Below, one piece after another: positions 21,787-32,040 of a DNA stretch of 64,000 bases; the stretch's first letter is position 1; the number at the start of each line of letters is the position of its first letter. This DNA is from an uncultured SAR86 cluster bacterium (lineage in GTDB: Bacteria > Pseudomonadota > Gammaproteobacteria > Magnimaribacterales > D2472). The stretch spans positions 10,181 to 74,180 of the forward strand of contig CACEAP010000005.1 of assembly GCA_902557645.1 (NCBI GenBank), written 5' to 3'. The translations under genes and the position numbers were made by a program. Below the pieces are notes generated by a model. That model was not told the origin of the DNA. It did not search any database and saw nothing but the letters and a program-made list of their open reading frames with translations.

Positions 21787-22558
21787 AAAAATCTTCACCA
21801 TTTTTATAAGTGGACTCACATATTAATTCAAGAGGCTCTTCTCTTAATTTAGCAATTTCGTTAGCTATGTGCATAAGATATTTTGGCTCATTTCTATTTT
21901 TATTTGGCTTAGGAGAAAGATTTCTTGGAATTAAATAGGGCGAGTCTGTTTCTATCATTAATTTATCAAGAGGAATATTCTTAATAGATTTTCGCAATTC
22001 TTTATTTCTTCTTTCATCACAGATCCATCCAGTTAGACCTACATAAAAACCATTATCAAGATAATCATCAAGTTCATTTTGAGTTCCAGTAAAACAATGT
22101 ACAACAGCTTTATCAATATCATTCTTATATTTATCTATTAGTTTTATAAAAGGTTCGTGCGATTCTCTTTGATGAAGAAACAGCGGTTTATTAAATTTAA
22201 TAGCTAATTTTATCTGCTCTTCAAAAGCATACATCTGTTCTTCATAACTAGAAATATTTCTAAAAAAATCTAAACCCATCTCACCCAAAGCATTCGGATT
22301 ATATTTTGAAACAAGTTCATGCATTTTTAGAACAGAATCACTGTTAAATGTTTTAGCATGATGGGGGTGAACACCAGTAGTGAAGTAACAATTATTATTT
22401 TTAACTATTTTATTTATTGATGGTTGGTCAGTTAGTTCAGCAGAAACAACAAGAAACTTGTTTACACCAACATTAACTGCTGAATTAATAACCTCATCTA
22501 AATCATTAGCAAAAGCTTCATGAGTAAAGTTACAAGCTATATCAAATAATTGATTCAT
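21773..22558 (-). CDS. tatD: TatD family nuclease
   Basis: GVHPH, GEMGLD, HQRE, HCFTG, ETDSPYL, RNEP. Confidence 0.9.
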   Translation of the reverse strand: MNQLFDIACNFTHEAFANDLDEVINSAVNVGVNKFLVVSAELTDQPSINKIVKNNNCYFTTGVHPHHAKTFNSDSVLKMHELVSKYNPNALGEMGLDFFRNISSYEEQMYAFEEQIKLAIKFNKPLFLHQRESHEPFIKLIDKYKNDIDKAVVHCFTGTQNELDDYLDNGFYVGLTGWICDERRNKELRKSIKNIPLDKLMIETDSPYLIPRNLSPKPNKNRNEPKYLMHIANEIAKLREEPLELICESTYKNGEDFFSLT

Positions 22559-22614
22559 TTTATAAAGATTCTTCTAGTCTTATGAATTACAATTATCTAA
22601 CAAAAATAACAATT

Positions 22615-23457
22615 ATGGACAAATTTAAACAATTTATAGATGCAATTAGTATCGAGAAGGTTGATGATTTCTCATATAAGGTAACACCAAGCGAAAATTT
22701 TTTCGTTGGAAATACACCTCATGGTGGATATTTGATGGCAATAATGCATAAAGCGCTGACATCAACATTGCCTCATTCTTGTGCAATTAGTTCATCAATA
22801 CAGTACTTAGATAGAACTGAGCCTCGAGAGATAGATATTAAGGTTGATGTTATAAGAATTAGCAAAGGCAGCTCAACAGGCAGAGTTACCATTTTTCAAG
22901 ATAATAATATTAAATGCATTTATACAGGGTTGTGTTCAGATTTTGAACACATGAAAGGTTATGCAGGGCTTGAATCACCAATTCCAGAAATATTTCTAAA
23001 TACTAATAAAGATAAATTTGTAAATTTAGATTATGAAAATATAAAGCCTGGATTTACACCCGCTTTTGTTAAGCAGGTGGATTGTTTTGTCCATCCTGAT
23101 CATGCATGGTGGGATAGAAAAATTACAAATGAAGATGCCGATGCTAGATGCTCTGCATATATATCATTAGAAGGAGGTATTCCAGATCAATATGCTTTAT
23201 CATTTTTTTCAGATATTCTTCCTCCAGTTGTCTCTAATAAATATGGACCACTTGGATGGGTACCTACATTGACTTTAACTACACATATTAGGCAAATGCC
23301 ACAAACTGAAGAACTAATGCTAGATTTTGTAGCAGGTGATATTAATAATGGATACTTTGAACAAGACTGCAGAATATGGGATCTAAATAAAAATTTAGTT
23401 GCTTCAAGCAGACAACTCACTAGAATACTTAAATCAGAAGAAAAAATTACAATATAA
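22615..23457 (+). CDS. Thioesterase family protein (double hot-dog, TesB-like); alternative start 22582
   Basis: PHGGY, DILPP, WVPTLTLTTHIR, ASSRQ. Confidence 0.82.
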   Translation: MDKFKQFIDAISIEKVDDFSYKVTPSENFFVGNTPHGGYLMAIMHKALTSTLPHSCAISSSIQYLDRTEPREIDIKVDVIRISKGSSTGRVTIFQDNNIKCIYTGLCSDFEHMKGYAGLESPIPEIFLNTNKDKFVNLDYENIKPGFTPAFVKQVDCFVHPDHAWWDRKITNEDADARCSAYISLEGGIPDQYALSFFSDILPPVVSNKYGPLGWVPTLTLTTHIRQMPQTEELMLDFVAGDINNGYFEQDCRIWDLNKNLVASSRQLTRILKSEEKITI

Positions 23458-23477
23458 AAATAAAATAGGAATTAATT

Positions 23478-24329
23478 ATGCAGTTTAAAGGAACTAAAAA
23501 TTATATCTCTACAGATGATCTTAGTATGGCAGTTAATGCATCTGTAGCATTAGAAAGACCTTTATTGATTAAAGGTGAGCCTGGTACTGGTAAAACTTTG
23601 CTAGCAATAGAGGTTGCTGAAGCCTTAGGGTTAGATTTAATTGAGTGGCATATAAAATCTACTACAAAAGCCACACAAGGACTTTATGAATATGATGCTG
23701 TAACAAGACTTAGAGATTCTCAGCTTGGAGATGAAAGAGTTAAAGATATCGCAAACTATATTAAAAAAGGAAAACTATGGGAGGCTTTTACCTCTGAAGA
23801 ACAAGTTGTTCTTTTAATTGATGAAATTGATAAAGCCGATATTGAATTTCCTAATGATTTACTTCAAGAGTTAGATCGTATGGAATTTTTCTGTTATGAA
23901 ACAGGCGAGACTATTAAAGCTAAACATAGACCTATAATTATTATGACTTCTAACAATGAAAAAGAATTACCTGATGCTTTTTTAAGAAGATGTTTTTTTC
24001 ATTATATTAATTTTCCTGATAGAGAAACCATGAATAAAATTGTTAAAGTGCATTATCCAAAAATCAAGAAAAAACTTGTTAATGATGCTTTAGAAATTTT
24101 CTTTGATCTTAGAAAAATACCAGGATTGAAGAAAAAACCTTCGACCTCAGAACTCATTGACTGGTTGAAACTATTATTATCGGACGATATGCCTGATGAA
24201 ATTTTAAAAAACGCTGATTCTTCAAAAGCAATACCACCACTTTATGGAGCTCTCTTAAAAAATGAACAAGATGTTCATTTATTAGAAAGATTGGCATTTA
24301 TGTCTAGAAGAGAATCAGCAAATAAATAA
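23478..24329 (+). CDS. MoxR family AAA+ ATPase
   Basis: GEPGTGKT, LIDEIDKAD, ELPDAFLRRC. Confidence 0.92.
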   Translation: MQFKGTKNYISTDDLSMAVNASVALERPLLIKGEPGTGKTLLAIEVAEALGLDLIEWHIKSTTKATQGLYEYDAVTRLRDSQLGDERVKDIANYIKKGKLWEAFTSEEQVVLLIDEIDKADIEFPNDLLQELDRMEFFCYETGETIKAKHRPIIIMTSNNEKELPDAFLRRCFFHYINFPDRETMNKIVKVHYPKIKKKLVNDALEIFFDLRKIPGLKKKPSTSELIDWLKLLLSDDMPDEILKNADSSKAIPPLYGALLKNEQDVHLLERLAFMSRRESANK

Positions 24330-24335
24330 AAATTT

Positions 24336-25511
24336 ATGCTAATAAATCTTTTTCAAACAGTTAAAGCCTCTGGAGTTCCTTGCTCTCTTAGGGAACTGCT
24401 TGATTTATTAGGTGCATTAGAAAAAAGAGTTGCTTATGCTGACCTTGATGATTTTTATTATTTATCACGCGCAATACTTGTCAAAGATGAAAAACACTAC
24501 GATAAGTTTGACAAAGCTTTTGAAATTTACTTTAAAGGAATTGAAAAGCTTGAGGATATATTTCAAGCATTAATTCCAGATGATTGGTTAAGAAAAGCAT
24601 TTGAAAAAGAATTAGATCCAGAAGAATTAAAAAAAATTAAATCACTTGGAGGTCTAGATAAGCTGCTTGAAGAATTCAAAAAGCGTCTTGAAGAACAAAA
24701 AGAACGACATGAAGGCGGTTCTAAATGGGTAGGTACAAACGGTACTTCTCCTTTTGGTCATGGAGGACAAAATCCTGAAGGCATAAGAGTAGGTGGAGCA
24801 GGAGGACAAAAAAAGGCAGTTAAAGTTTGGGAACAACGTCAATATAGCAATTTAGATGACTCTATTACCATTGGTACAAGAAATATAAAGATGGCGCTTC
24901 GTCGCTTAAGAAAGTTTGCACGTCAAGGTAATGATTTAGAGTTAGATATGGATGGAACTATAAAATCTACTGCTAAAAATGCCGGATATCTTGATATTAA
25001 TATGGTCCCAGAAAGAGCAAATGCAGTAAAAGTATTGATATTTTTTGATGTTGGTGGATCAATGGATCCATATGTAAAACTTTGTGAAGAATTATTTTCA
25101 GCAATAAAAACTGAATTTAAAAATCTTGAGTATTATTATTTTCATAATTGCATATATGAGTCAGTATGGAAGGATAACAGAAGAAGAAGTCAAGAAAGAA
25201 TACTCGTTCAAGACATAATTAATAAATACACTCCAGATTACAAGGTTATTGTTGTAGGTGATGCAACTATGGCTCCCTATGAAATTACCAATTCAGGTGG
25301 GAGTATCGAGCATTGGAATGAAGAGCCTGGATCAGCATGGATCAAGAAATTATCAAAACATTTTGAAAATATGGCATGGTTAAATCCAGTGCCAGATGAT
25401 CATTGGGATTACACCTCATCAGTATGTATCTTAAGAGACTTATTTGATGATAGGATGTATTCTTTAACATTAAAAGGTTTAGAGGAGGGGATGTCTAATC
25501 TATCAAAATGA
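24336..25511 (+). CDS. VWA-domain (CoxE-like) partner of MoxR
   Basis: DVGGSMD MIDAS-like motif, YFHNC, GDATMAPYE; follows MoxR. Confidence 0.87.
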   Translation: MLINLFQTVKASGVPCSLRELLDLLGALEKRVAYADLDDFYYLSRAILVKDEKHYDKFDKAFEIYFKGIEKLEDIFQALIPDDWLRKAFEKELDPEELKKIKSLGGLDKLLEEFKKRLEEQKERHEGGSKWVGTNGTSPFGHGGQNPEGIRVGGAGGQKKAVKVWEQRQYSNLDDSITIGTRNIKMALRRLRKFARQGNDLELDMDGTIKSTAKNAGYLDINMVPERANAVKVLIFFDVGGSMDPYVKLCEELFSAIKTEFKNLEYYYFHNCIYESVWKDNRRRSQERILVQDIINKYTPDYKVIVVGDATMAPYEITNSGGSIEHWNEEPGSAWIKKLSKHFENMAWLNPVPDDHWDYTSSVCILRDLFDDRMYSLTLKGLEEGMSNLSK

Positions 25512-26857
25512 ATACAGCAACTAACACAACAACCAGTAAGGGTATTAAGTGGGGGCCATTTACACTTAGAATTCCTTTTATTCATCTTAATCTAAGAGCT
25601 GGAGAGTTCTTTCAAGGCATGGTTATATCAGGAGCTACTGCTTTTGCAGCTGTTCCAATTGCTATGGGTCTTGGATTAACTTTTGAGGAAGGGGTAGCCT
25701 TAAGTTTTATTGCTGGAACACTCATAGGAGCTGGACCTATTTTTTTTGGTGAACCAATGGCTCCAGGCTGGGTTACACCAGCAGTGCCTATAGTTATAGC
25801 TGCATTCGCTGCTAAAGGACAATTTAATGGAGTATATGATCCAGAAATTTTTAAGTTTATGGCAGCCATGTGTATAGAATTTACTCTATTGCTTTTTATT
25901 ATGGGAATTACAGGCTGGGGAAAAAAGCTTATTGAAATTATACCTAACGGACTTAAGGCTGGAATTATTTTAGGAGCTGCATTGGCAGCATTTTATCAAG
26001 TCTTTGTTACTGATCTTGATAAATTAATGGTTCAACCTGTATCAATGATTCTTGCAATTTCTCTTTGCGTAATTACTACATTTTCTGAACCTTTTAAAAG
26101 ATTAGCATTAAAAAATAACTTTTTTAGAGTAATAGGATCATTGGGCTTATTGCCAGGTTTTGTTTTAGCTGCATTAGTTGCATTTTTACTTAATGAGGTA
26201 ACTTTTGATATTGAATGGGGTTTTAGAATTCCTGATGTAGTTTCATTATTTAACAGAACATCGCCTCTAGCAATTGGCTTTCCATCTTTCGATATGTATG
26301 TTGAGGCGCTTCCATTAGTAATAATAGGATATACATTATTATTTGGTGATTTAATAACTGGAACAGAGGTTTTAAATGATGCTCAAACACAAAGACCAGA
26401 TGAGCCGCTTGATGTTAATTTAGATAGATCACATCTTTCTGTGGCTATGAGAAATTTCTTAGGTCTTTTAGTCAATCCATTTTTTCCAACCCAAGGTGCT
26501 TTATGGACAGGAGTTCATGTTGTAGTAGCAGAGCGTTGGAAAAAAGGTCCAAAGGAAATGCCATCTATATTTGATGGCTTAGGTTCATATTATTTAATGG
26601 GTATCCCATTTTTGTATGTAACTTTACCTTTTATTACATTAATGAAACCATTAATGCAGATGGCTTTAACATTAACTCTTATATTAACAGGTTTTGCTTG
26701 TGCCTATGTTGCTATGGCAATTCCTAAGAAAAATTCTGAAATGGCATCAGCTTTATTAATAGCTGTATTCATAACATTTTTTAGTGCTTGGATAGGACTT
26801 ATTATTGGAATTTTGTTGAGTTTATTTGTAGTTGGAACTGATAAAGATAAAGTTTAA
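25508..26857 (+). CDS. Multi-pass membrane protein, probable permease (xanthine/uracil/SLC23-like)
   Basis: About 12 hydrophobic segments; family assignment tentative. Confidence 0.55.
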   Translation: MNTATNTTTSKGIKWGPFTLRIPFIHLNLRAGEFFQGMVISGATAFAAVPIAMGLGLTFEEGVALSFIAGTLIGAGPIFFGEPMAPGWVTPAVPIVIAAFAAKGQFNGVYDPEIFKFMAAMCIEFTLLLFIMGITGWGKKLIEIIPNGLKAGIILGAALAAFYQVFVTDLDKLMVQPVSMILAISLCVITTFSEPFKRLALKNNFFRVIGSLGLLPGFVLAALVAFLLNEVTFDIEWGFRIPDVVSLFNRTSPLAIGFPSFDMYVEALPLVIIGYTLLFGDLITGTEVLNDAQTQRPDEPLDVNLDRSHLSVAMRNFLGLLVNPFFPTQGALWTGVHVVVAERWKKGPKEMPSIFDGLGSYYLMGIPFLYVTLPFITLMKPLMQMALTLTLILTGFACAYVAMAIPKKNSEMASALLIAVFITFFSAWIGLIIGILLSLFVVGTDKDKV

Positions 26858-26868
26858 AATAGCTCACC

Positions 26869-27780
26869 ATGAGTTATGCTTTAGAAATTTCAAATTTAAA
26901 GAAAATTTATGCTAATAATATAGTTGCATTAAATGGAATAGATCTCAAAGTTCAAGAAGGAGATTTCTTCGCACTTCTTGGACCTAATGGTGCAGGCAAA
27001 TCATCTACAATCGGCATAGTTGGCTCCTTAGTAAACAAGTCGTCAGGTTCTGTTAAAATTTTCGATATAGATATCGACGATAATTTTTCTGAAGCCAAAC
27101 GTCTTCTTGGTGTTGTTGCGCAAGAAGTAAATTTTGGAAACTTTGAAAAAGTTATAGACATAGTTGTTACTCAAGGTGGTTATTATGGTATACCTTTGAG
27201 AGAAGCATTAATAAAAGCTGAAAATGTAATGAAACGTCTAGGTTTATGGGATAAAAGAAATGATCAAGCCAGAACATTATCTGGAGGTTATAAAAGGCGG
27301 TTAATGATAGCAAAAGCATTAATTCATGAACCAAAGTTATTAATTTTAGATGAACCTACAGCTGGTGTTGATATAGAGCTTAGAAGAGAAATGTGGCAAT
27401 TTTTAAAAGAAATTAATGACAGCGGAACAACTATTATATTAACAACTCATTATTTAGAAGAAGCTGAACAGTTATGCAAAAACATTGCAATTATTGATCA
27501 TGGAGAAATTGTTGAAAATACTAGCATGAAGGATCTTCTTAGTAGGCTTGATGTGCAGGGTTTTGTTTTAGATTTAAATAAACCTATAAATGAAGCACCT
27601 ATTATTGATGGTTTTCCTATGAGACTTGATGATCCAACTACCTTAGTAGCTGCAGTTTCAAAAGATAAGAATATAAATGAGTTATTTAAACTTCTTAGTG
27701 AAAAATCCATACAAGTTAACTCTATGCGAAATGAATCAAATAGATTAGAAGAATTATTTATCGAAATGGTAAAAAGATAA
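26869..27780 (+). CDS. yadG: ABC transporter ATP-binding protein (YadG-like)
   Basis: GPNGAGKS, LSGGYKRR, DEPTAGVDIELRR, NRLEELF. Confidence 0.85.
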   Translation: MSYALEISNLKKIYANNIVALNGIDLKVQEGDFFALLGPNGAGKSSTIGIVGSLVNKSSGSVKIFDIDIDDNFSEAKRLLGVVAQEVNFGNFEKVIDIVVTQGGYYGIPLREALIKAENVMKRLGLWDKRNDQARTLSGGYKRRLMIAKALIHEPKLLILDEPTAGVDIELRREMWQFLKEINDSGTTIILTTHYLEEAEQLCKNIAIIDHGEIVENTSMKDLLSRLDVQGFVLDLNKPINEAPIIDGFPMRLDDPTTLVAAVSKDKNINELFKLLSEKSIQVNSMRNESNRLEELFIEMVKR

Positions 27781-28559
27781 TGTATAGAAGAAAAGAAATT
27801 TTTAATTCATTAATAACTTTATCAATAAAAGAGATAAGGCGTTTTATGCGAATATGGGTTCAAACTTTAGTACCACCAGCAGTAACAATGTCTTTGTATT
27901 TTGTTATTTTTGGATCACTTATCGGACCAAGGATCGGATCTATGGATGGCTTAGACTACATTCAGTTTATGATTCCAGGACTAATTATGATGTCAGTTAT
28001 TACTAATTCATATGCAAATGTTACTTCGTCTTTTTATGGAGTAAAATTTCAAAGATCAATAGAAGAGCTACTTGTTTCACCAATGCCAAATTGGGCAATT
28101 TTATTAGGTTTTATTATTGGTGGTGTTTCCAGGGGTATTTTAATAGGATTTATAGTTTATGTGGTTAGTTTATTTTTTTATCCAGCATTTGAAGTTGTCA
28201 ATCCTGGTTTAACACTTCTTGTTCTCTTTTTAACTGCGATTCTTTTTTCATTGATGGGATTTATAAATGCTGTTTTTGCTGATAGTTTTGATGATATCTC
28301 AATAATTCCAACTTTTATTCTTACTCCTCTAATATATCTTGGTGGAGTTTTTTACTCTATAAATATTCTCCCTGAATTTTGGAGAAATGTGTCCATGGTT
28401 AATCCAATGCTTTATGTAGTCAATACTTTTAGAGAGGGTATGTTAGGAGTTAGTGATGTATCAATACCATTTGCATTAGGTATGATCTTTTCATTTATAG
28501 TTGTTTTTACAGTGGTCTGTCTTTATCTACTCAATAAAGGTATTGGTATTAGACAGTGA
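27780..28559 (+). CDS. yadH: ABC-2 permease (YadH-like)
   Basis: KEIRRFMRIWVQTLVPP, SYANVTSSF, LGGVFYSI. Confidence 0.85.
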   Translation: MYRRKEIFNSLITLSIKEIRRFMRIWVQTLVPPAVTMSLYFVIFGSLIGPRIGSMDGLDYIQFMIPGLIMMSVITNSYANVTSSFYGVKFQRSIEELLVSPMPNWAILLGFIIGGVSRGILIGFIVYVVSLFFYPAFEVVNPGLTLLVLFLTAILFSLMGFINAVFADSFDDISIIPTFILTPLIYLGGVFYSINILPEFWRNVSMVNPMLYVVNTFREGMLGVSDVSIPFALGMIFSFIVVFTVVCLYLLNKGIGIRQ

Positions 28560-29305
28560 GCAGGAAATACTTAGGTAAAAATATTAATCAAACTAAGATT
28601 AAAGAAAACTCTCATATTCTAGATCCAATCATAAGACAAAGAGAGCAATCAAAATACAAAGGCTTACATCAATCAAAATATGGTATTGATATATGGAACG
28701 CTTATGAATTTTCTTATTTAGATAAATATAAATCTCCACATCTAGTGCTTCTTGAGATTATTATTCCCAGCAAATCTACAATAACTATTGAATCGAAGTC
28801 TATGAAAATTTACTTAAATTCATTCTTTAATAAAGAGTTTTCAAGCTCAAGTGAAATAATTAAAAGAATAAAAGATGATCTTTCTAAGATTTGTAAAATT
28901 TCAGTTAAAGTTAAAATTAGGGAATTATTTCCTAAGAAACCAAGTTCAAAATCATTAATTAATAATAAAAATAGAACTACTAAGACTAATAAAGTTTATA
29001 AATTTGAAGCATTTAGATCGTTATGTCCAGTAACTAATCAACCTGACTGGGCCATAATATATGTTCGCTCCAGTTCCGCAATGAATATAGCTTGGTTAAA
29101 TAAATACTTTCTATCATTCAGAAATATTGGGGAATTTCATGAATTATGTATTGATAAAATTTTTTCTAAAATATTAAATAAGTATAATCCAGACAAATTA
29201 TGCGTATATGGAAGATTTCTAAGAAGAGGAGGAATTGACATTAATCCCATGCGAGCCAATACAAAAGATTTTATGTTTCTTAACCATAGAGAAGATGCTC
29301 AGTAA
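28556..29305 (+). CDS. queF: NADPH-dependent 7-cyano-7-deazaguanine reductase, bimodular type
   Basis: DIWNAYE, ESKSMKIYLNSF QueF motif, CPVTNQPD, FHE, RRGGIDINP. Confidence 0.88.
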   Translation: MSRKYLGKNINQTKIKENSHILDPIIRQREQSKYKGLHQSKYGIDIWNAYEFSYLDKYKSPHLVLLEIIIPSKSTITIESKSMKIYLNSFFNKEFSSSSEIIKRIKDDLSKICKISVKVKIRELFPKKPSSKSLINNKNRTTKTNKVYKFEAFRSLCPVTNQPDWAIIYVRSSSAMNIAWLNKYFLSFRNIGEFHELCIDKIFSKILNKYNPDKLCVYGRFLRRGGIDINPMRANTKDFMFLNHREDAQ

Positions 29306-29936
29306 CAAGATTCAAAGTTTTGCTAACGAAAATTTATTGAATAAAGCACTTTTTAATAAATTTATACAATCCACAAAAAAAAATAAAACTAATATTGTCT
29401 TATCTGGTGGAAAATCACCTATGGATTTTTATAAACTCTTAGCTAATCAAAGTATTGATTGGACTAAATATAATATTACTTTATCAGATGAAAGGGATGT
29501 TAATACCGAACATAAATTAAGCAATGAGGGTATTATCAAATCCATTATTAATAGTAATAAATTTAACAATTCGTTCATAAGTTTAAGAGAAGCAAATGCT
29601 AAAAAAAAATTAATAAATATAAATAACTATCAATTTTGTCTTTTGGGTATGGGTATGGATGGACATTTTGCATCTATTTTTCCAGACATGAGTAATCTTA
29701 ATGACGCTTATAATCTGTCAGATCCTTTAATATCAATACCAGATGGTTATCCGGATGTACCTAGGATATCTATGACTTTAAAAGAGCTTAATAAAGCAGA
29801 TGAAATTATCTTGTTAATTAAAGATAAAGTTAAAATTGATCTTATATGTTCAAATAGAACAAATAGTGAAGCACTACCAATAGATAAATTAATATCAATG
29901 TGCTCAGATAAATTGCATATATTTTCCCTAGGTTAA
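29295..29936 (+). CDS. pgl: 6-phosphogluconolactonase
   Basis: LSGGKSP, DER, SN, LGMGMDGHFASIFP, PRISMT; start moved to ATG 29295. Confidence 0.82.
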   Translation: MLSNKIQSFANENLLNKALFNKFIQSTKKNKTNIVLSGGKSPMDFYKLLANQSIDWTKYNITLSDERDVNTEHKLSNEGIIKSIINSNKFNNSFISLREANAKKKLININNYQFCLLGMGMDGHFASIFPDMSNLNDAYNLSDPLISIPDGYPDVPRISMTLKELNKADEIILLIKDKVKIDLICSNRTNSEALPIDKLISMCSDKLHIFSLG

Positions 29937-29973
29937 TTCCTAAATTTTTATCATATAATATCAACCGAACTAT

Positions 29974-30062
29974 GGAGAGGTGTCAGAGTGGTCTATTGTG
30001 CAACCTTGGAAAGGTTGTGTTCCTTTGCGGAACCCCGAGTTCGAATCTCGGTCTCTCCGCCA
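29974..30062 (+). tRNA. tRNA-Ser(GGA)
   Basis: GGAGAGG/TCTCTCC acceptor, CAACC-TTGGAAA-GGTTG anticodon arm, long variable arm, TTCGAAT T loop, encoded CCA. Confidence 0.97.
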
Positions 30063-30077
30063 TTTATGTTTATTTTT

Positions 30078-30108
30078 CATATATATATTGCTAATATATA
30101 TATGTTTT
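30078..30108. repeat. 12-bp AT-rich inverted repeat (weak tRNA terminator or operator)
   Basis: CATATATATATT-GCT-AATATATATATG followed by TTTT. Confidence 0.5.
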
Positions 30109-30123
30109 ATACTTACAGTTATT

Positions 30124-30411
30124 ATGAAATCATTTAAAGAAGACTTAATGGAAGCTATTGCATTAGTTTCCAATATTGAGCATCAGCTCAAGATAAATAC
30201 TCTTAATGGAAATGAGAAAACAGTCTTTTACTCTATCCTTTTAAAGGAAAAAGAAAATACGGAATGTATTATTTCTGACGTTATTAATATTTCAAAATTA
30301 TCTAGGTCAACTGTTTTTAAGACATTAAAAAAGCTTGAAGATCTTCAATTAATTTTATCTAAACAATCTACTTCTGATAAAAGAGAGCTGGTAATATCTG
30401 TTAACGTATAA
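30124..30411 (+). CDS. Small winged-helix (MarR-like) DNA-binding protein
   Basis: Start at ATG 30124 (the longer ORF overlaps the tRNA); LSRSTVFKTLKKL HTH, SDKRE wing. Confidence 0.75.
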   Translation: MKSFKEDLMEAIALVSNIEHQLKINTLNGNEKTVFYSILLKEKENTECIISDVINISKLSRSTVFKTLKKLEDLQLILSKQSTSDKRELVISVNV

Positions 30412-30430
30412 AAACTAAAAAAACTAAACA

Positions 30431-31027
30431 ATGAAATATTATCTTCAAGCTTTTGCATTTACTTTTCTTATGTACTTTGGTTTGTGGATTATGTGGATCC
30501 ATTTTGCTATTGACTTTGGATCTGATAGAGATTATCCAGGTAGTTTAGTTTACTTGCCTCATGCAGCAAGAGTTATATGTACATGTCTCTTTGGATGGAT
30601 TGCTATTCCAGCTATGGTATTTGCTGAATGGATTGGCATATCTTATTTTGTGCATGGTGATGCATTTTTAGTTGATGGCACATATTCATTAGTTGAATTA
30701 ATTCAATCTATTTTTGCATCTTCTTCTGTATTACTTGCTTTAATCTTATTAAGAGTTTCTGGTTTCTCTTTTAGTTATAGTCATGGTATGTTGCTTTTAA
30801 AAAAATCTAATTTTCGCCATATATTTTTAATAACTGTTATATCTGCTTCTATAAATGGTCTTTTTGGTAATTTTCTTAGACAGGCTATTACGGATCATGA
30901 TATACATATGTATACCGTCTTAAGATTTACAGTTGGCGATATTATAGGATGTATTACTGTTTTATTAGTAAGTACAATAATGTTATCTGCATATAAAGAT
31001 TTTATTTATCAATCATCCAAAAAATAA
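30431..31027 (+). CDS. Membrane protein, stand-alone MASE1-like domain
   Basis: About 5 TM segments; LVYLPHAARV and GDIIG resemble MASE1 motifs. Confidence 0.55.
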   Translation: MKYYLQAFAFTFLMYFGLWIMWIHFAIDFGSDRDYPGSLVYLPHAARVICTCLFGWIAIPAMVFAEWIGISYFVHGDAFLVDGTYSLVELIQSIFASSSVLLALILLRVSGFSFSYSHGMLLLKKSNFRHIFLITVISASINGLFGNFLRQAITDHDIHMYTVLRFTVGDIIGCITVLLVSTIMLSAYKDFIYQSSKK

Positions 31028-31050
31028 GAATTATATGAAATAATATAACG

Positions 31051-31461
31051 ATGAATCCGTTTCATCTTGCTATACCCGTAAATAATTTAAAAACATCAAC
31101 TAGCTTTTATCAAGACATTCTTGGATGCACTAAAGGCAGATCATCATCAAAGTGGGTAGATTTTAATTTTTATGGTCATCAGTTAGTTTGTCATCAAACT
31201 GATGATGCAAAGACCAAGAGCTTTAATCCTGTTGATGGTGAGGAAGTGCCAGTACCGCATTTTGGGATCATTCTAAACTGGAATGAATTCGATCAACTAA
31301 GTAAATCATTAGTAGATAAAAATATTAATTTTATTATTAAACCTACTATACGTTTTGCAGGTAAAACTGGCGAACAAGCAATCATGTTTTTAAAAGACCC
31401 CTCAGATAATGCTATTGAGTTTAAAGCCTTTAAGAATAAAGAAGATATATTTAAAAAATAG
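31051..31461 (+). CDS. VOC / glyoxalase family protein
   Basis: PFHLAIPV, DFNFYGHQLVCH, VPVPHFG, DPSDNAIEFKAF. Confidence 0.88.
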   Translation: MNPFHLAIPVNNLKTSTSFYQDILGCTKGRSSSKWVDFNFYGHQLVCHQTDDAKTKSFNPVDGEEVPVPHFGIILNWNEFDQLSKSLVDKNINFIIKPTIRFAGKTGEQAIMFLKDPSDNAIEFKAFKNKEDIFKK

Positions 31462-31471
31462 GAGAATTAAA

Positions 31472-32002
31472 ATGATTAAACCTAGAAGAATTGTTACAGG
31501 TAATGATAAAAATGGCGAATCAGAAATTAAAATCAATTCTATAATCGAACCAGATATTATTAATGGCGACAACATATTTTTAGAACTATGGAATACCGAT
31601 GGCAATGTTATTGATAATACAGACTCTATTGATAGAACGGATGGACCAGTTATATTATCTCCACCAGCTAACGGATCTAAAATCAGATACTTTAGTATAG
31701 CTCCTCAAGATCCATCTATATCAACAGAAGCGTTAGAAGAAATGTTTGCATTAGGATTTAAGGCTATAGGCGCTGAACACGAAAGAATTAATACACACAA
31801 ACACCCTGGAATGCATGTAACAAAATCCATTGATTACATTATCCTTATTAGTGGAAATGCAACTTTGACTTTAGATAACGAAGAAGTTTTACTACAGACA
31901 GGCGATATTGTTATTCAAAGAGGCACCAATCATGCCTGGACTGCAAATGGAGATACGCCAGCATTGTTCATAGCGGTGCTTATAGATTCTAAATTTAATT
32001 AA
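31472..32002 (+). CDS. Cupin domain protein
   Basis: AGGAG SD then ATG 31472; RRIVTG, MHVTKSIDY, GDIVIQRGTNHAW. Confidence 0.85.
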   Translation: MIKPRRIVTGNDKNGESEIKINSIIEPDIINGDNIFLELWNTDGNVIDNTDSIDRTDGPVILSPPANGSKIRYFSIAPQDPSISTEALEEMFALGFKAIGAEHERINTHKHPGMHVTKSIDYIILISGNATLTLDNEEVLLQTGDIVIQRGTNHAWTANGDTPALFIAVLIDSKFN

Positions 32003-32004
32003 AC

Positions 32005-32033
32005 TTGACTACTGTATATTTATACAGTATATT
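32005..32033 (+). promoter_or_regulatory. Sigma70 promoter TTGACT-N17-TATATT with a LexA (SOS) box in the spacer
   Basis: TACTGTATATTTATACAGTA at 32010-32029 = CTGT-N8-ACAG, differing from the TACTGTATATATATACAGTA consensus at one base. Confidence 0.88.
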
Positions 32034-32040
32034 AATATTT

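Noticed and set aside
23478..25511. MoxR-VWA pair as a possible defence or novel system
   Set aside because: Common chaperone-like pair with no nuclease or effector neighbours
28556..29936. Compact Lys/Asn-rich queF and lone pgl as possible pseudogenes
   Set aside because: Frames are open and catalytic motifs are intact; divergence is consistent with AT bias
29970..30173. Minus-strand 67-aa ORF, and the N-terminal 48 aa of ORF 29980..30411
   Set aside because: Both are translations of the tRNA-Ser gene
32005..32040. TTG start extension of the small ORF
   Set aside because: This segment is the -35 / LexA box / -10 promoter; ATG 32041 is the better start
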